A DNA stretch of 57,414 bases, the filler included, from Dimargaris cristalligena (Eukaryota): NCBI GenBank assembly GCA_003614675.1. It is 3 parts of 3 records of this genome, joined end to end, with 100 filler letters (N's around TTAATTAATTAA, not from the genome) between each part and the next. Parts side by side here need not be neighbours in the genome. Positions count along the whole stretch, not along the records: positions 1 to 19,118 come from ML002739.1; 2 more parts are not named here. One strand, given 5' to 3'. The notes under the pieces were generated by a model that saw nothing but the letters and a program-made list of their open reading frames with translations, had not been told where the DNA came from and made no database searches. Position numbers and translations under genes: made by a program. Below, in pieces: positions 1 to 11,325 of this stretch. The first letter of the stretch is position 1. Each line of letters starts with the position of its first letter.

Positions 1-77
1 AGGGTCACGTGACCTAAATATGATGGCCCCCCTATATGGATTTTACCCTATATAGCTGGGTTGAACTTCACCCATAT
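1..77 (-). mobile_element. Terminus of an element related to the MITE family, cut by the window edge
   Basis: Reverse complement of 49-77 is ATATGGGTGAAGTTCAACCCAGCTATATA (family TIR). The internal sequence differs and includes the palindrome GGTCACGTGACC at 3-14. Confidence 0.55.
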
Positions 78-99
78 TATAAAAATGACAGGTCCTTTA

Positions 100-2700
100 G
101 GGGGCTGCTTGGGCAGTCAATGGGGATGATACATTACAATAATCATCTGGAATCTGGCAGGGATATTGGCAACCAGCATCAGGACCATCCCAGCTACTCC
201 AGCCGGACCTGGTGTAGTAAGGAAGACTTTCTGCACTTGGAGGCACCGATAGATGTTTGTCAGCAGATGGATTCCAGAAATTGGCCTAGGGGTATAATTC
301 TTAGAATTACGGCCCAGCCAGGCCCTAGTTTATGACCAATTGATGATGCTGAAAAGGCACAGATAATGAAGAGGTTGTATATTTCAAATCTCCGAAATAA
401 TGCCCACTGTAAATGGGAGGCCTGCAGGGATATAAATCTCCCCATGTAGGCTTAGTTACAATTTCACCCCCACCCAGGCCTACCTTCCAATTTGCCAGTC
501 GTTGCCCAGCTCAGCAGTAATGCCTCCATCTGCTTGTTTAATGCCGCATCATCACATATAATTGCCCGCAAATCCAAATCTGTGGAATGGTCTGTGGGAG
601 CAATTTGCAACAGAGTATGTAGTGCCAAGCCATCCATTATCTCAGCTGATATGGATCTACTTAAAACGGGCCTTGGCAGTCATATCCACTGCGGAAGTGT
701 ATGGGACTCGAGACTGAACTGATTGGGGATGGTGGAAAGGGGGTCATACTGAGTTTGGGTAGATGGTTACCGAGATTTGTGCCATTGCCAGACCACGTAC
801 CGATAACCAGGTGTAGTGTGGCAGATTAAGTCCTGACTGCTGTCTAGGAACAAACTAATATCCAGTAGCCATAAATGATAAAGGTAGGATCCAGCCGACC
901 AATGCAATGGCCATTGCTAAACATCGGGTAGTAAAATATCAGACATAGTCTCCACCCTCATACAATCTCCAACTCACTCCCAAGTTTGGTAGCCCTTCTG
1001 GCCATTACGGCTTGCCGAGCTTGCTCCAGCCATTCCCAGCACGGGCCTTTCTAACCGGCTCACCACTATCCCGGTTCATCCAGTATCAGCCCTGCTATAA
1101 GGCGAGGGGCCGGTTTCCCGCCTTTAAACTCTCTAAAGGCTAATTCTACAGCAGATGTATTTCCCGGGGGCCCTTAAATACACAGAGCCGGCCATGCCAG
1201 TACCCGTCCACCCCGCTCCTTCATCTTCCGGGAGTCTAGTATGCATATTTGTCTATTTGCTGTGTTACTTTTGAGTTGGAGGGGAGGCTTCTGTCACACT
1301 ATCCAACCCCGATCCTTGCACAAGTGTTGGTGGCTTTTGTTGCATATTGCAAGCCCACCCTGTTGGCCGATCCCTGATTTGACTGTCTGTTTCTGACCGC
1401 CTTGCCTGTTCGGGGACGGTAGGTGCCATCCCTTCTTTGCCTCACGTGTATGCTACAAAGGATATCCCGCTCACATTGGCTGGTGGTGGAAGTAGTACCA
1501 TTTAGATACATTTATTGACCCGCGCTGGTCCAAACTGCTTGCATGGTAGTAGTTTTACGGAGATCTAACATACCACCGGCGCCCATTTCATTTATCATTT
1601 ATTCATCTGGTGATTCTACCCCATTCGCCTGTGGGTGGTTTCGCTTGCATTTGTTAAAGAGTTTTGTCAACGAGGGTGCTTGTTTCCGTTAGCCTGCCCC
1701 TTTGTTGATTAATCTTGCTGATCCTGCTGTTTATATCCGCTTCATCATTTCTGGGCTGTCGCGGCCATTCCACACCCCTCGTTGCTCGCTTCAGAATTCC
1801 ACGGTTGGGCTGCTGCTCATTAATCCCCATTTTCCCTATAGCCACCTTTTCAAGCCCACCTCCACCGCGTCATTTATTCGTTCTTCCGCTTGTTCGTTAG
1901 GGTCAGTGCATACTGCGTTTGGACCAATGCTTCCTTTTTTTCGAGTGGCCCGCTGACCCTCCTTGACTACGGCATGTCTCGATCTGTTCGTGATTAGGGG
2001 ATACACAGTTACACCCGTTTAGGCCGTTCTTACCGGGTGTCGCGGCCGTGCCCCGCTTGTCCCTCTTGACTGTGTCTGGTTTCTAATGATATCCCAAATT
2101 GGACCATCTTCCGCCGGGTGGTTTCCCTTCCCTTCTTACTACTCTAGTGGGATCTGCTTCTCCCTCCAGCCTTGGGCTGTACGCCAGTTTCAGAACAACC
2201 ACTTGACTTGTCGTTTTTTCTTCTTCCAATTTCCCAAATTTAATCCCCATCGTTCCCTCCGACCATCTGCGTCAAGGGCCATTTGTACTCATAACTCAGC
2301 CTTCTCCCGGTCGTCGCGTCTTCCAGTGGCTCGCGCCTCACTACTGGTTATTGTGTGTCTCTTTCCTTTACTTCAGTGTTGACTGTATACATCTAAATAC
2401 ATATATAGATTTGGTTATGTATCCATATTTGGGCCCCTGAGAAAGGCTACTGTGGCACAGTGTCTCTTCTCTATTCCCCCCCTTAACAATCCATTGCGGC
2501 GATGGTTTTCTGATTTGTGTAAAGTAATGCCGGCTGTGTTTATACATTGTACCTCTTGTGAACTCTCTGGCGTGGGTCACTCGATCTGTATTCTAATTGT
2601 GAAGTCCTTTACGGCAGGACTCCCCTTTTCTTCCTTCAACCTGTCCAGCGTGGCTAATACAATATGGCTTTGTACCTTTGATAATGTCCCTCCCTGGTTA
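100..2700 (-). mobile_element. Probable second degenerate LINE-like remnant, oriented opposite to the first
   Basis: The minus strand has FVPRQQSGLNLPH (854-816), similar to the GGL motif above, and IGHKLG further downstream. Upstream sequence is purine-rich and coding-like with many stops. Boundaries are approximate. Confidence 0.3.
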
Positions 2701-3254
2701 TAAATGGGCGGGGTTTCTTCGAACGGGTCACCGACTAAACGTGTCTCTGTTCAGGGCCGTGAACCAGCAGAGCAGGCCTGTTATTCAGCCTTGGCTTCGG
2801 CCTAGCCGCCTCCCCGCTCCGATTCTAGGTTGCACCCTATATCGACAGCCCTGTACCCTATAGCGCGCCTGTAGAACAAATACAACAGCATACCATACTA
2901 TACCGTAGCATGCCCCACTATCCCCCGCCCTTGGTCAGGCCTCTCAACACTGTCCCCATTTTGGCACAAATCAGCTGCTAGCCAACTAATTCCAGTCTTG
3001 GAGGCCGCCTATTCCACCAGGACTATCTGTCTCCCCCAGGTCATAATAATCGACACCTTTGGGCATTTTAATGGTCCACGCTGACTGCAGTGATATCCAC
3101 TCCTCTTCACACCATCCATTTAAATACACTTATATTTCCCTCACTCACATTCTTCATCAACCCGTCCCCTTTTCTTTGATTACTCCATTTTTACCTTGTA
3201 TTCCCGCCAAGCTATTGTATTTCTATCGTCGTATTTCTCAGTGTTGGTTAAATT

Positions 3255-3539
3255 ATGGCCTTCACCGCTCTCGCGCCCGCCCCCCCTGCTCCGTGCTACG
3301 CTACTGGGTGCGTTCACGAAAAATGCCGCCGCTTTGTCGAATTGCGCGATTCTCATCCACTTAATGGCCCCGCGACGGGCCACCCCGACCTATTCTCGCT
3401 CCTCGACCTCCTTCGGCTGGCATACTGCCTCGAAGCCGAGAATGATCGTCTACAACAAACATTGGATAGTCGTGCCGAGCCGTCACCCATTAAATACAGC
3501 TATCCACGTGATGAAACCCCAGAGCCCGCTAGTCTCTGA
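3255..3539 (+). CDS. Possible small hypothetical protein (94 aa)
   Basis: ATG-initiated, CpG-rich island preceded by a pyrimidine-rich leader, with a helix-like segment LLRLAYCLEAENDRLQQTL. No homology recognised. Confidence 0.3.
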   Translation: MAFTALAPAPPAPCYATGCVHEKCRRFVELRDSHPLNGPATGHPDLFSLLDLLRLAYCLEAENDRLQQTLDSRAEPSPIKYSYPRDETPEPASL

Positions 3540-4169
3540 ATAGCCAGTATCACACCAATCGGTTAACCCGTTGGTAACTACCCTATTCATCCACTAATAA
3601 TCGGCTTGGCCCCGCCGGAATATCGCCGAGTGCCGCTTTGAGCCGCACCATTGACAATCCACCCAAAAGGAGGCCGACCAAACTGCCGTCCTATTTATTT
3701 TATTCCGGCTCGATCCATACTTTGTGTTTTTGATTTTTTTGGCTAATATTTAATACTTGCTCTCTGTCCAAGTTCTTTTTTTCGGACCCTTATTGCACCT
3801 CACCACCCTATTCCTGGACATTTCATTGCTTGCCAGAAAAGCAAAATCCACATCAATTTTAATTCATTGCGATTATTAATCTGTATTAGTATATTGGGCT
3901 TGGTTCTTCACCGACTGGCCCTTTCCTCCATTTGCCCACCTACCACTCAACCCCTCTTTTTCACTCCATCGATTTGCATACCGGTGGGCATATAATTTGT
4001 GTAACACTTATAAATCCCCGATTAATCAGAATATATATATGATATTTAAGTAACTTAATCATATTTTTAGGCCAGCAGTGGTGTTTCCACCTTAATACAC
4101 TCATGGTTACTAGCATTTGGTGCAGGCTCTTTCGAAACCACGGATGAATTGCAGTTAAAGCGTAAGTAG

Positions 4170-5760
4170 CAAGTATACGGCTATGGAAGTAGATGGGAAA
4201 TTTGATGCCACCTAGTATAAGTACAAACGGAAAGGTCTCACGGAGAGATACACCAAAGTGTGCCCAAATCGGCAATACTCGACCAAGGAGCTATGCCTTT
4301 TATTTCACCGCCAGGGCGGGCTTACTTACCCGCATGTTCCCGCTGCAGCATGTAAAGGCGATAAAATGCGCCATATAATGCAATTGTTTAAGGGATTTTT
4401 TGGAGTTACCACGGGGTGTTGGGTGGCCGAGTTCTTACAGGTCAACTGGCAGAGGAAAGCCCATAGTTAAATAGACACAGGCCAATCGGTGCCTTATACT
4501 TGGATTCATATATTGGGGCGTAGTCTTGTTGTACTTTGCAGCGCCTACTGATCTTTCTTTGAGTAATGGCTTTGCCCCGGCCCGGATATTCCATAAAATA
4601 CTCCGTTTACTGAGTTGTAGCCTACCTGTCGAATCACTTATAATCCACCTGCGCACTTATTTACATGACATTAGTAATTTCCCACTAACCCTATTTGGGC
4701 ATAACTCCCCCTAACCAGATAGATTCCGCTGTAGTATTTTATTTCTATTTGCATTGCTTTTTCCCCAATATTTGCCCTGTGTCGGGACCTAGATGGAATA
4801 GTATGTTCTTTAGAACATTATGTGCCTAATTAGGGTAATCAAAAACCGGATTTCTGGATTTTCCAATCAACCAATATTCTGTTGGTCTTCCAGTTGGTGA
4901 TGATGGAGTTGTGTAGGCAAGACATTAAATATAAATGGTAATAGTCCAGGAGTATATCAATTGGCAACTCGGCCATGTCTAAAGGGAGTGAGGGTGGGCG
5001 GTTAGGTACAGGATGCAATCCAATGTTCCGAGGTCTATGCAAAAGGTACTGGTAGTTGGTGCTCTAAGATTGTTCTTTCAAATTCTAGTCGATAACTGAG
5101 ATGTGCTACGGCTACCGACTAAGCTAAAATTAGGTGTGGTCAGACTGAATGCTGAATTGTTTGAAAGGTCCCCACATATTTTTTTCCCACTGGCTTACCG
5201 TCAAACCGTACCTACTACAGGGTGTTGGCCGAAGGTATGTCATTTGTCCATCATGTTATGAGCTATTTTTATTGATTTGGGATAATGGATCACCCAAGAC
5301 AATGCATGGGCGAGGGTTGCCTAATTGGGATACTGGCTCACTACATAGTTTCATGGTTCTGGAATTGGCCACTGAAAATCCGGTTTGGGGGTAATAGTAA
5401 AGGAAGGACATGACCTTCCAATCCAAATCCAATGGCTGTTTCACAATGACCGCCAGGGGCTTCTAAATATGCAAATATGAAATGATTCCGGAAAGAATAA
5501 TTGGCAGCGGGTGGTTATGGATAAGTACAAATCTCAGTTGGAAATTATAGAATATAAAGTTGATGCAAAAGGTTCAGTGGCAGTTAGCAAAAACACTTAG
5601 CTGCAACTTCCGAAATTGAGCAAGTTCTACTGTTGGACAACAGCTATGCAACACTGGGCTAAGAGGTACAAGTAAAGGATACTGCCTCTCTTTTGGTGCA
5701 GACAAAATTGGTTGAGACTGGTGGTCTCCTGACAGTCGATGGGGTTTTGAGTGAGCTGAA
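4170..5760 (+). mobile_element. Highly degenerate non-LTR (L1/Tx1-like) retrotransposon ORF2 3' half
   Basis: A stop-riddled frame contains LCLLFHRQGGLTYPH (~4291-4335), like the post-RT LxLPxxxGGLG motif. About 1.2 kb later comes MQKVQWQLAKTL...VGQQLCNTGLRGTSKGYCLSFG (5563-5700), like a zf-RVT region. No YADD found. Confidence 0.4.
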
Positions 5761-6110
5761 ATACATTCTTATTGGGGATGAACATAACCATTATTGCACA
5801 TTGGTGGGAACAGGTAAATGAGTATTACTACAGGAAAACCAGAGGGTTCCATAAAATAACGGAATTTGGCAACGGCCACTAGAAATCATAGGATAGGAAA
5901 TGTACAATGGCCCAGAGAGAATATTAAAGGATTAGGTGATGGTGACCTGGTAGATAATGAGGCTGGGGTGGTTGGTCATTATAGTTTTAATTTACTTTGG
6001 TGATTCTGCTTCTGCTATTCACCACCTGAGTGTCATCCAGACCCACTGTACTGGGGTTCTATTAGACTGAGGATGACCATTAAGCAATTCCCACCATTAG
6101 TACAGGGATG

Positions 6111-6254
6111 ATATGGGTGAGGTTCAACTTAGTTGTATAAGGTTTTAACCAATATGTATATGGGAGAATTGGTGGGATATTTATTTTCAACCAGTAGTGC
6201 TTGCCTCATCAAATGGATTTTTTGTTATACAGCCTTGTTGAACTACTCCTATAT
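6111..6254 (+). mobile_element. 144-bp MITE (ATAT-bounded family)
   Basis: ATATGGGTGAGGTTCA...TGAACTACTCCTATAT, colinear with the other three full copies. Confidence 0.8.
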
Positions 6255-6474
6255 CAACACAATAGGCACCAAAGTATTGGCACTAACTGGCAATTGGTAC
6301 ATAAGTAAAAGACACAAAGTTTTGTCATAGTTAATGATCTTATTCTTACATATAAGCTCATACTGTATTTTCCTAGCTGATCCAGCCATGATTGATGTAA
6401 TAATTTACCATTTTATGTATAGTGGTCATTTTTTTATTTGATATTCACAAATACAGGATAATAATCATTATATA

Positions 6475-7061
6475 TATCATACCCCCTATTCTGCCTTAAT
6501 CCCAACAAGCTAGTGCTCATCCCCATTAGGCCTTATAGCACCATATTAACCTTCCCAGGACCACACCCAGTACTATGGGATCACCCTATAACATATAACC
6601 ATTCCCCTTCTGGACTCCACCACTTTACACTAATCACTCAAGGGCTGATCTAACAACTCTTCCAATTACCATCAGAGTTTTCCAGATCCTAATAGCCATC
6701 TAGTTGGCCTATTTTACCATACCCTAGTCTTAGTAGTATTCTTCCCCCTGGGGCCTCCCTCTGGAGTTGTCCCTGTGTATATATAACTGGGCCCCATTAG
6801 GACTGGTTTAACAGCAGCCTATTCTTACCCCCCCCCTTAGTTTATCCCAATAAACTCCATATACACTCACTACCCCTGTTTTAACTAGTAAGTGTACTTG
6901 CTACATGTCCCTTGCCTATACCTGCATTTGTAGCCTTTATTAGTTAGTACCACACCCCCAACTAATGCTAGGAACCACTTAGCTGAGCCTGAGCCCCATT
7001 TACTATTAAAAGCCTATCCTCAGGACTCTTGATGGACTAAGAATGGTAAACCCAGGTGACA
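6475..7061 (+). mobile_element. Solo LTR, family 1, copy A
   Basis: Aligns end to end with 52617-53200. Termini TATCATACC...CCAGGTGACA; internal TATATATAA followed by AATAAA. No clean TSD. Confidence 0.8.
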
Positions 7062-7289
7062 ACAGGCAAGAGTAAAGTTAGTTTATAGTTAAGAAAAACA
7101 TCAATAAAACTAAAGTATTAAGGTATTATCTAATAGTTAATTCAAAAAATAAAGGAGTCCAACTAAAAACTGGATTAATTTTGTCAATATATAAAAGAGT
7201 ATTATGCCTAACATCTATTCCACCCAGTCTATTACCTTATATCCAGTTATGCAATTGCTCTTTTAATTATATTTTTACCTGTATTTCAA

Positions 7290-7870
7290 TGTTACCCTGG
7301 TTAACCCCTCCTAATCTATTAAGAGTCCTAAGGATAGGCTTCTAATAGTTGTTGTGGCTAAGTAGGTTACTAGCATCAGGTATAGGGTATAGTACTAACT
7401 AATAAAGGCTAGTAGTAGGTATATAAAAGGGATATACAGTAATTATACTTACTAGTCAATATGAGGGGGATGAGTATATATAAAGTTTATTAGGAGTAAA
7501 CTAAGGATAAGAATAAGCTAAGGAATCTAATTAGTCTTAATGGGGCCTAGTTATATATATATATATATATATAGGTGAGTCTGGAGGGAGGTCCCAAGTA
7601 AAGGATACTACTAAGACTAAGGTATAGGTAAATAGGCTAGCTGGACAGCTACTAGTATCCAGAAGACTCTGATGGCAACCAGAAGAGTCTAATAAATTGG
7701 CACTTAAGTAAGTAGTATAAATAGATAGAGTCTGGAGGGGGAAGGGTTATATAATAAAGGGTGATCCCATAGTACCAGGTGTAACTATGGGAAAGCTAAT
7801 ACAGCATGATAAGGCCTAATATAGTTAGAGTCTTAACTTGCTGGATTAAGGTAAATCAGAAGGGCTAACA
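7290..7870 (-). mobile_element. Solo LTR, family 1, copy B (inverted relative to A)
   Basis: Reverse complement of the family consensus; on the + strand it reads TGTTACC...CTAACA. The TATA box is expanded into a (TA)n run at ~7552-7573. No clean TSD. Confidence 0.8.
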
Positions 7871-8172
7871 CTATCTCTAAATAAAATAACCTGGGAGTAA
7901 CTGGATTAGTGTACATAATTTAGTAATTACAATACCTTTTTGGGCCTTTAGTGGCTATATTATCACCTCCCATAATATTTTCACCCTTTCTATTTGAAGG
8001 CCATGCTAATGTAGTCCCTGTTGGGGGCCTCCTTCAATATAATGTAAAAGGATTGGGAAAATACATTTTTAATATACCTATACAACAAATTCCTCTTTAA
8101 CTACTCCATATTCTTTGGGCTATATAATACCCTACTGGTGTTACTATATACAACGAGATTAGTGCCCCCATA

Positions 8173-11100
8173 TTAAGGCTGCCCATGCAGCTTCTCTAGA
8201 TAGGTCTTCTTGCGCAACCAAACCTGTTTCAAAGTATCCCGCAAATTTTCCTTCTCTTGCATAAAATTGTACTGGGAAAGATGGGACAGGCTTTTCACCT
8301 GCTCGGGGGTATAGGAGAAATTATAAGTTGAACAGAAATCAGCGGTCGCGGGATCAAAGTCGGCCACCTCGTATTCCGGATTGGCCAGTAAAGGATAGTA
8401 GACTAGGGCAATGGACGGCGGGGTAGGCGTTTGGCTGGTGGCGGAAGAGGATTCGGTCGATTTACCGCCCGTCCCCGAAGATCGGTCGGGGCTGGCCCGG
8501 CTTTGTTCGGCGAATTGGGGAGTGCCCTGGGATAAACTGGCCGGTTCGGTGAAAATGGCGCAGCGGTGCCCGTCAGCAAAGGGGTTCGGCTGGTCGGTTA
8601 AGTCCCGGTGGGTAGTCGAAATGGGATCCATGGCCACATCGGCTAGTTTGGTAAGAGGGGTGCAATCCTCACCGGCGCTATTCGAGGGGTCCGCTTCAGA
8701 TTTCGGACTTGATTCAGGCTTTGCACTCCTGTGGGACGACGAACCTTCCCCGTCGGTTCGTACATTTGGGGCAGAATTGTGGGTGGGCGGTTCATGGGCC
8801 CCAGGTGAAGGTCGGGGCCAAGGTGCCGCACCCTTGGGCCAGCGGGTAATCCCGTGCTGTCGGGCGAATTTTGACGCCCGTTCGAACCAGGGGGTTTCGT
8901 CAATGTCACTACTGGCATCGAATAATAGCATGACATCAACATTACGTTCGGGCCGAAGGAGGGGGTAGAATGGCAGGTTGTTATTCATGCCGGCGTCCAT
9001 GAGACATAACTGCTCACTGTCAAAGAGAGTGGTTGTTTCGGTATTCTTAGGTTTGGATGTGTGGGAGGTCGGCTGAGGGGCTTCGGTGGTGGCAGTCGTG
9101 CGGGTAGAAGTAGGGATGTTGTCCTTCACACTCGTACGAGACGGCGCGGGAATGGAATCTCCGGCGGGCTTGGAGATTTCCCGGGTACCGGACGTCACTT
9201 CATCGGTCCGTTTTTCGGACTGGGACTCTTCAGAGGGTCGGTAAAAAGGGTTATGGAAGCACGAGGGGGCGATGGGGTGGGTGGTAGTAACGGCCAGCTG
9301 GTAGTCCCGCACCAACCCTTCCAAATACTGGTGGACGGGGGCCGACAAGGTGCCCTTTACCTCGTCAATCAAATGGGCAATGGTGGCACAAAAGGCCGAT
9401 CCGAACATGCCCAAATATAAGCCGGCGCTGGGCTCGGGTAGATTGCGCAAAGACCGGCCGTCCCGGAAGGGGCGACCAAACCCCCAGGCGGGAATCCATA
9501 CGCCACCCCCGTCGATGGTGCCCATTTCGTACGGCGTGAACTCGAACCACTGGTACTTGTGGGTTTTGCTTAACCCCAGGGCGGACACAAATGCTACCCT
9601 TTCCTCCTCCGTCATGTGAGTCATGGCCGAATGAACGGACTCAGTATCACTGAAATGCGCGTCGGTGTCGTCGGGTAGTAGGGCCGGGGAAACTGGGGCG
9701 GACGATGACTCCGATGCGGTGGGCGACTCGGGGGTATCAGCCGCTTCCTTTGGTGCAACGTGTGAGCCTGGCATAATTTGGACCATTTTGGATTTAAGCT
9801 CGGCCATTGAAGGTAAGCCCTGCTTCCAATCCCCCGCGACGGTGGTCCCCGTTTCGGGATCATCTGCCCGCATGACCTTCCCGTCGGTCCGTATAATCTC
9901 GTGGCGTACCGCCGTATAGATGGGCATAGGTAAGCGACCGTCGGCTAGATACCGCTGTTGCCCCGTCAGTTTAGCATCCGCGGGATCACCAGTCGATGTG
10001 AGGGACCGCATAAGCAGGCGGGACATGAGCAAAGTGCCGTAAATATCGACCAAGGATAGGGGCATACCCGAGTCGAATTTAGACACCAGTCCGGCGAAGA
10101 CTGACGCCGCCGCGGGGGAAGTCAGCACCCCGGTCAGGGCGGAGACCGACGTGAGGGATGTTGTAATTTGTTGACTAATGTGTTTCTCCAACTCGGTTGT
10201 GGAACCGCGGGCGGCCACGAAATACTGCATGATTGTCCAGCAGGACCCCGAGACGCCAGCCAGATAAGTGGAACAGTCCAAGACACCGGCTTCGTCACAG
10301 GCGGTCAGGTAACCCAGAGTCGAAACCATAGCGCGGTAGCCACCACCACTGCCGGCCAATGCAATCACAGGCACGTTCTCAGGGGTCACTTCCGCTTCGG
10401 GCACCCCGATGAAACGAGCGAAGGCCGGGCAAACGACCTTCTTCAAACGATTAGCCCGGAATTCAATTTCCGTCAGCGGTAATTCTGACCCGCACCTCAC
10501 TTGGGCCTCCCAGCGTACTTCCGGGTGTACCTTAGGGTCGGTATAAGTATCCCGGATCGTTTCCACAAACGTCCCACTGACCATGGAACTGGCCATGCCA
10601 TTGAGGGTATCCTCCCAGCCACGCTTGACCCGCTCGGACTGTTCCTGGATGGCTCCTTTAATCTGATTAGGGTTGGGGAATTTCTGGGCCAGGACGCGTA
10701 ACCGGTGCTCTAGAGTGGCTGACCACGTTTGGGAGCTCTCGATGAGATTATGCAGACCGGCCAACTGGCTTTGCACATGTTGGACAAATTCAGTGTCCGG
10801 TATGCCTGTCTCCAGTCGGTCAATCACGTCCAGCTGGGCGGTTATGGCCTGGATGTATTCCCCGATTTCGGGAATGGGTTTACCGGTATGGTGGATTTCC
10901 GCCGCCTGGTCTTCCATCGGGGGCTGAGATACTTGGCTAAGCTCATGGATCCGGGAACGTAAGTGCACCACGATTTTGGCCACCCCTTGTTTGGCGTGGT
11001 AGTCCTGGCCGTACTTCTGGCTCAACTGGATAAGCTGCTCCAAATCGGTGAGCGTTTCCCGTATCTTTCGGATGGCATCGCGGGTCTGTATTAGCATGAC

Positions 11101-11325
11101 CTGACAGGGCGACGCATGGGGCGGGGATGGAGGAAGTTGCGATGTATTAGTAACCGACTTGTCGTGATCACCGGTAGCGTCACAGTGGATGCGATTTCTT
11201 TGCGGGGTGTGGTGGTAAAAGTAACGCCAACCCTTGAACACGGCCACACCGATCACCAGCGCTGTGGACACCCAGCGAATGTGATCAGTGACCATGATTA
11301 AAGAGGTGGCTGCAGGGGTCACCAT
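8173..11325 (-). CDS. Cytosolic phospholipase A2 / lysophospholipase (PLA2c/PLB family), 1050 aa; possible extra 5' exon at 11677-11509
   Basis: Uninterrupted ORF with the cPLA2/PLB motifs GSGGGYRAM, nucleophile GVSGS, LVDIYG, WFEFTPYE, GMFGSAF, catalytic Asp in LMDAG, and RNVDVMLLFDAS. Hydrophobic segment near the N-terminus (WVSTALVIGVAVF). Confidence 0.92.
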   Translation of the reverse strand: MVTPAATSLIMVTDHIRWVSTALVIGVAVFKGWRYFYHHTPQRNRIHCDATGDHDKSVTNTSQLPPSPPHASPCQVMLIQTRDAIRKIRETLTDLEQLIQLSQKYGQDYHAKQGVAKIVVHLRSRIHELSQVSQPPMEDQAAEIHHTGKPIPEIGEYIQAITAQLDVIDRLETGIPDTEFVQHVQSQLAGLHNLIESSQTWSATLEHRLRVLAQKFPNPNQIKGAIQEQSERVKRGWEDTLNGMASSMVSGTFVETIRDTYTDPKVHPEVRWEAQVRCGSELPLTEIEFRANRLKKVVCPAFARFIGVPEAEVTPENVPVIALAGSGGGYRAMVSTLGYLTACDEAGVLDCSTYLAGVSGSCWTIMQYFVAARGSTTELEKHISQQITTSLTSVSALTGVLTSPAAASVFAGLVSKFDSGMPLSLVDIYGTLLMSRLLMRSLTSTGDPADAKLTGQQRYLADGRLPMPIYTAVRHEIIRTDGKVMRADDPETGTTVAGDWKQGLPSMAELKSKMVQIMPGSHVAPKEAADTPESPTASESSSAPVSPALLPDDTDAHFSDTESVHSAMTHMTEEERVAFVSALGLSKTHKYQWFEFTPYEMGTIDGGGVWIPAWGFGRPFRDGRSLRNLPEPSAGLYLGMFGSAFCATIAHLIDEVKGTLSAPVHQYLEGLVRDYQLAVTTTHPIAPSCFHNPFYRPSEESQSEKRTDEVTSGTREISKPAGDSIPAPSRTSVKDNIPTSTRTTATTEAPQPTSHTSKPKNTETTTLFDSEQLCLMDAGMNNNLPFYPLLRPERNVDVMLLFDASSDIDETPWFERASKFARQHGITRWPKGAAPWPRPSPGAHEPPTHNSAPNVRTDGEGSSSHRSAKPESSPKSEADPSNSAGEDCTPLTKLADVAMDPISTTHRDLTDQPNPFADGHRCAIFTEPASLSQGTPQFAEQSRASPDRSSGTGGKSTESSSATSQTPTPPSIALVYYPLLANPEYEVADFDPATADFCSTYNFSYTPEQVKSLSHLSQYNFMQEKENLRDTLKQVWLRKKTYLEKLHGQP

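Noticed and set aside
8411-11301. Many plus-strand ORFs over PLA2 (likewise over INTS7 and SZT2)
   Set aside because: They are antisense or alternate-frame shadows of GC-rich coding sequence, with no motifs.
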